A stretch of DNA of 63,997 nucleotides, counting the filler, from Octopus bimaculoides (lineage: Eukaryota), in NCBI RefSeq assembly GCF_001194135.2. It is 7 parts of 7 records of this genome, joined end to end, with 100 filler letters (N's around TTAATTAATTAA, not from the genome) between each part and the next. Parts side by side here need not be neighbours in the genome. Positions count along the whole stretch, not along the records: positions 57,564 to 61,503 come from NC_068990.1; positions 61,604 to 62,685 come from NC_068994.1; positions 62,786 to 63,997 come from NW_026349118.1; 4 more parts are not named here. The stretch is one strand, 5' to 3'. Shown piece after piece: positions 60,571-63,997 of this stretch. Under the pieces are notes generated by a model that made no database searches, was not told the DNA's origin, and saw only the letters and a program-made list of their open reading frames with translations. How positions within the stretch are numbered: the first letter of the stretch is position 1; the number at the start of each line of letters is the position of its first letter. A program made the translations under genes and the position numbers.

Positions 60571-60763
60571 CTACGTGTATTTGGTGTTTAAATTTGGTTG
60601 CGTTTCAGTTATGAGGACCGACTCCTGTATTTGTCGCAACGATGCGTCACCGGGGTGTCTAGACAGGATTTCTATGCTAATTCTGTCCAGTACACCACCA
60701 TGTTGTTCTTTGGCATGCTGGTAGAGCCAATATTCACCTTTTTGTCTAAATTGTATTAATAAC
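60571..60763 (-). mobile_element. Penelope-like element GIY-YIG C-terminal fragment (different family)
   Basis: LYQHAKEQHGG...IEILSRHPGDASLRQIQESVLI....PNLNTK. Confidence 0.7.
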
Positions 60764-60907
60764 AGTATATTTGCCACCTAAAAGTGGCTAACCCTTAAGG
60801 GTTGATGCTACTGTGGCTTGTAGCCCCAGGAAGACATCTCCAGCTGGCTACAAGCTACAGTAGCATCAACCCTGAAAAGTTAGCCACATTTATGTAGCAA
60901 ATATACT
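60764..60907. repeat. 144-bp foldback element: 61-bp arms (7 mismatches), 22-nt loop; half copy at 7035-7124
   Basis: AGTATATTTGCCAC...GCTTGTAGC / GCTACAAG...GCAAATATACT. Confidence 0.85.
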
Positions 60908-61460
60908 TCATGATGTCGTGCAGCTACTGTTTATATCTTGCTAACAGATTTAATATATTAATAGAATGTAGTAGGAATGCTGAATGAGTAAAGTTTTGCT
61001 TTCACTCAGTCATTGTGGGATACCTTATATCCATCAGCTAGATATATATATCGCTGACTGTTTCTTCGTCATTTACATCATAATAAAATCTGATTATACC
61101 ATCAGAAGACCCTTTGAAGTCAGCAATATTCAAGATAGTTATTCTCGAGTGGAATGAAGCAGTGATGAAAGAGAAGTTCTTAATTCTTTAATTTCATTTT
61201 CACACTATATCAGGCTTACATACCATTACTGTTCAAATATTGAATCGAGCGAAATTAGCACGCTTTAAACGCTTAGTAAATTTTCACTAGTCTCTATCTC
61301 CTCTTTTTCACTATATCTCTCAGTAATGTGTGTATGTCTAATTCACTAAGATTCGAAAATCGATTAAGGTTGTCCATCATATTCCCAATATATGGAGAAA
61401 CAACTAAATTAGCCCTGTGTATAAAGGTACTGTACATGTTACATATATATATATACATGA

Positions 61461-61503
<43 letters not shown>

Positions 61504-61603
61504 NNNNNNNNNNNNNNNNNNNNNNNNNNNNNNNNNNNNNNNNNNNNTTAATTAATTAANNNNNNNNNNNNNNNNNNNNNNNNNNNNNNNNNNNNNNNNN
61601 NNN

Positions 61604-61936
61604 TTTCTCTCTCTGTGAAAGTATCTGTCATTACAGTATCGAAATGTGATTGTTTCAGTTAGTGGAATAGTTTCATTTTTAAAGTGAAAGTATTTGACAT
61701 GAGTGTTTTTGTTTCACTTTTGACACGTAATACTTCAATAGTGGAGGAGATATTATGTTGCCGTGTGCTCGAACTCTGCAAGAAGTTAAAAATTTTTTTT
61801 GACTAAAACACAACTGGAACCCTAAGTAAGGCATGTGTAAAATTTGAATGAAATTGGTTGCGTAGTTCTCGAGTTTTAGGGATTCACACAGACAGACAGA
61901 CAGACAGACACACATTCTCATTTTTATATATATAGA
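61604..61936 (-). mobile_element. Non-autonomous Helitron 5' part, same family as 9009-9093, cut at the spacer
   Basis: Near-identical TTAGGGATTCACAC(AGAC)nACACATTCTCATTT.TATATATATAGA terminus. Confidence 0.8.
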
Positions 61937-62309
61937 TTATACTTTTATGTGTTACGGTCAGGGAGTGAATACTATATCTTGTTTATAATGTTTTTGAATG
62001 TAAGTTATAACAATTATTATTATTTCTTAATTAAAAGCTATAATGATAATCTCGTCACTTATAACTTAATTATAAGTATTTATCACTAAGCATAACTCTT
62101 AATTCAGGCTGCGTAAATGTTATGATGAATTATACATACCAAGACGCTGAATGTGCTTTCAATACATGCATGTATGTTGAAGATACGGATTCGTATTCTT
62201 TTGACCGTTACATAAAAAAACAGTTTCATAAATACAGAAATAAGTTTAACAAGTTGAAAGAAACGAGAAGTAAAAGGAAATAAATTTCTACATTAATTTA
62301 TTATGTACC

Positions 62310-62685
62310 AATGTTCTGCGCCGTGAGGACCAAAGACTCGAGGTATTTCGTGTTGCAAGACAGTGTAGGAGAGAGAATAGTGATGTCGTAGGAGAGAAAT
62401 GTGTTCGCATGGATGATGGTACGCTTGCACTAAATGAGGCTGCAAAGAAAGAGGTCTGGAGATGCCACTACGATAGATTGCTTAATAAAGAGAATGAATG
62501 GGAGGAAGAGAGCCTGCCGTATGTCGACCCAATAGAGGGACCAGCTATCTGAGTTGATAGTACCAGGGTAGATAAAACAATTAAGAGTATGAAGACAGGG
62601 AAAGCCCCCGGCCCATCAGGAATCACTGCAGAGATGCTCAAAATATCTGGCAGTGTTGCTACAGTCTAGTCACCCGTATTACGAA
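62310..62685 (+). mobile_element. RTE-clade LINE ORF fragment upstream of RT
   Basis: VFRVARQCRRENSDVVGEKCVR..W..HYDRLLNKEN..MKTGKAPGPSGITAEMLK. Confidence 0.88.
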
Positions 62686-62914
62686 NNNNNNNNNNNNNNN
62701 NNNNNNNNNNNNNNNNNNNNNNNNNNNNNTTAATTAATTAANNNNNNNNNNNNNNNNNNNNNNNNNNNNNNNNNNNNNNNNNNNNTACATAAAACATGAT
62801 TTCTGATTTAAAGTTAAATGCATTATAAACTTGTTCCGAATGGCAGTTAGATATTGACAGGGAGCTAATTCAACCAATTATGTAGATTTAGGAATAGTCA
62901 AGAAATATAAGGCA

Positions 62915-63345
62915 GTGAGCTGCCAGAATCGTTAGCACACCGCGCAAAACATTGAGCGCTATTTCTTCCGTTTATGCTCCGAGTTTCTATTTAGCTGAGG
63001 ACGAAGTTGCTTTTCATTCTTTGGAACTGAATAAATTAAGCACCAGTTGTGCACTGGGATCTGTGTACTAGACTTAACCACTTTTCCGAAATTGCTCTAG
63101 CCATGTCACAAATTGAAGCCATTATTCTAAAGAGGACGGTGGCGAGATTACAGAATCGTTAGTGCACGGGACAAAAAGCTTAGCTACATTTCGTCTGTCT
63201 TTATGTTCTGAGTTCCAATACTGCCGAAGTCAACTTACACATTCTTCATTTTGGGGTCGATAAATTCGGACCAGTGATGTACTGGGGTAGATGTAATTCA
63301 CATCCTCCTCTGAAACCGTTGGTCTTGTATCACAATTTGGAACGG
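62915..63345 (+). mobile_element. Two diverged head-to-tail SINE family B copies
   Basis: GAGCTGCCAGAATCGTTAGCAC and GGCGAGATTACAGAATCGTTAG heads; GGGGTCGATAAATT core. Confidence 0.65.
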
Positions 63346-63698
63346 TTATTACAAAAGTTTATCTCCGTTGATGAACTACCGCAACTGCTGCATTAGATAA
63401 GAGGGGTATTGACTTGATAGAAACAAATATCTGATTACGGAATTTCTAAATGTCACACAAATTTAACGCTAGAAAAACGAATGGTGTCCTAATAACACAA
63501 AATATGCGAGAAAACATAGAATATCCAATGCTACATCAGCCGCAGCGTGCTACCAGTGTTATTCGACTATTTGTGAAAGAATAACTATACAATTTAGTTC
63601 ATGTTCTTTAGCGATTGTACGTATTGTTTCATTTGTATCTGGAACTTCAGTTATGTATGAACCACCTGAAAACAAAATGGTATTTTCTTTCTCATCAG

Positions 63699-63761
63699 GA
63701 TTCACAGACTATGAAGAATGTTAAGACGCAAACGGAATTTCCTAAATCTGACGTCTTGAAG
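63699..63761 (+). CDS. Candidate 63-nt symmetric exon (DSQTMKNVKTQTEFPKSDVLK) of an unidentified gene
   Basis: TTTTCTTTCTCATCAG acceptor and AAG|gttggt donor; only phase 0 is open. Confidence 0.35.
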
Positions 63762-63997
63762 GTTGGTCGTTTTTTCATTTGTCTCCTTCAATTTTGTATA
63801 TTATTCTTTCAATGTATTATATTGTGATAATTGTCTGGAGTGAACTAACAAAATCTATAAACGCCAAACACAGAAGTTGTACAGTAAATAGTGGGGTTGT
63901 GTTAGCCGCACGTGGAGAAATAATAGGTAAATGAAAAAAAGCCAGACTGCTGAACTGGAAGCATAATTTAATAAAGATTTTTTTCTAACCGGTTTTC

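Noticed and set aside
61324-61426. Possible + strand exon (strong pyrimidine tract, AAG|gtactg)
   Set aside because: Weak donor, no homology recognised, and an equally plausible open frame on the other strand.
22472-63997. Downstream chitin synthase exons (WGTRE and C-terminal region)
   Set aside because: None found by eye; the segments after the first spacer are probably unlinked.

Overview
AT-rich, microsatellite-rich animal genomic DNA. The repeat landscape looks like an octopus (coleoid cephalopod); this is an inference from the SINE families, not a database match. The window is not one continuous locus: six identical synthetic 100-nt spacers (44 N + TTAATTAATTAA + 44 N) join seven segments. 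Segment 1 (1-22371) holds eight visible internal exons of a + strand chitin synthase (GT2; motifs CTTMYRE, TPYG, TTDAD, QKFEY, SPGCFS, GEDRW, QRRRW). The gene's 5' end lies upstream of the window, the KKRWSQ exon is not visible (probably in an N gap), and the gene is cut off at the first spacer. Nearly everything else is decayed mobile DNA: several tRNA-derived SINE families, RTE, CR1, Tx1-like and R4/Dong-like LINEs, Penelope-like GIY-YIG fragments, Helitrons, mariner and MITEs. A few orphan candidate exons occur in the short segments. There are no CRISPR arrays, rRNA genes or convincing tRNA genes, and most ORF-track entries are microsatellite or N artefacts. The most interesting observations are: a near-intact type I hammerhead ribozyme antisense in a chitin synthase intron; a decayed sense-strand hammerhead in another intron; a 3' splice site whose pyrimidine tract is displaced about 70 nt by an A/C-rich repeat; an 85-bp complete mini-Helitron; a 144-bp foldback element; and a same-strand pile-up of R4/Dong-like fragments in (TAA)n repeats.
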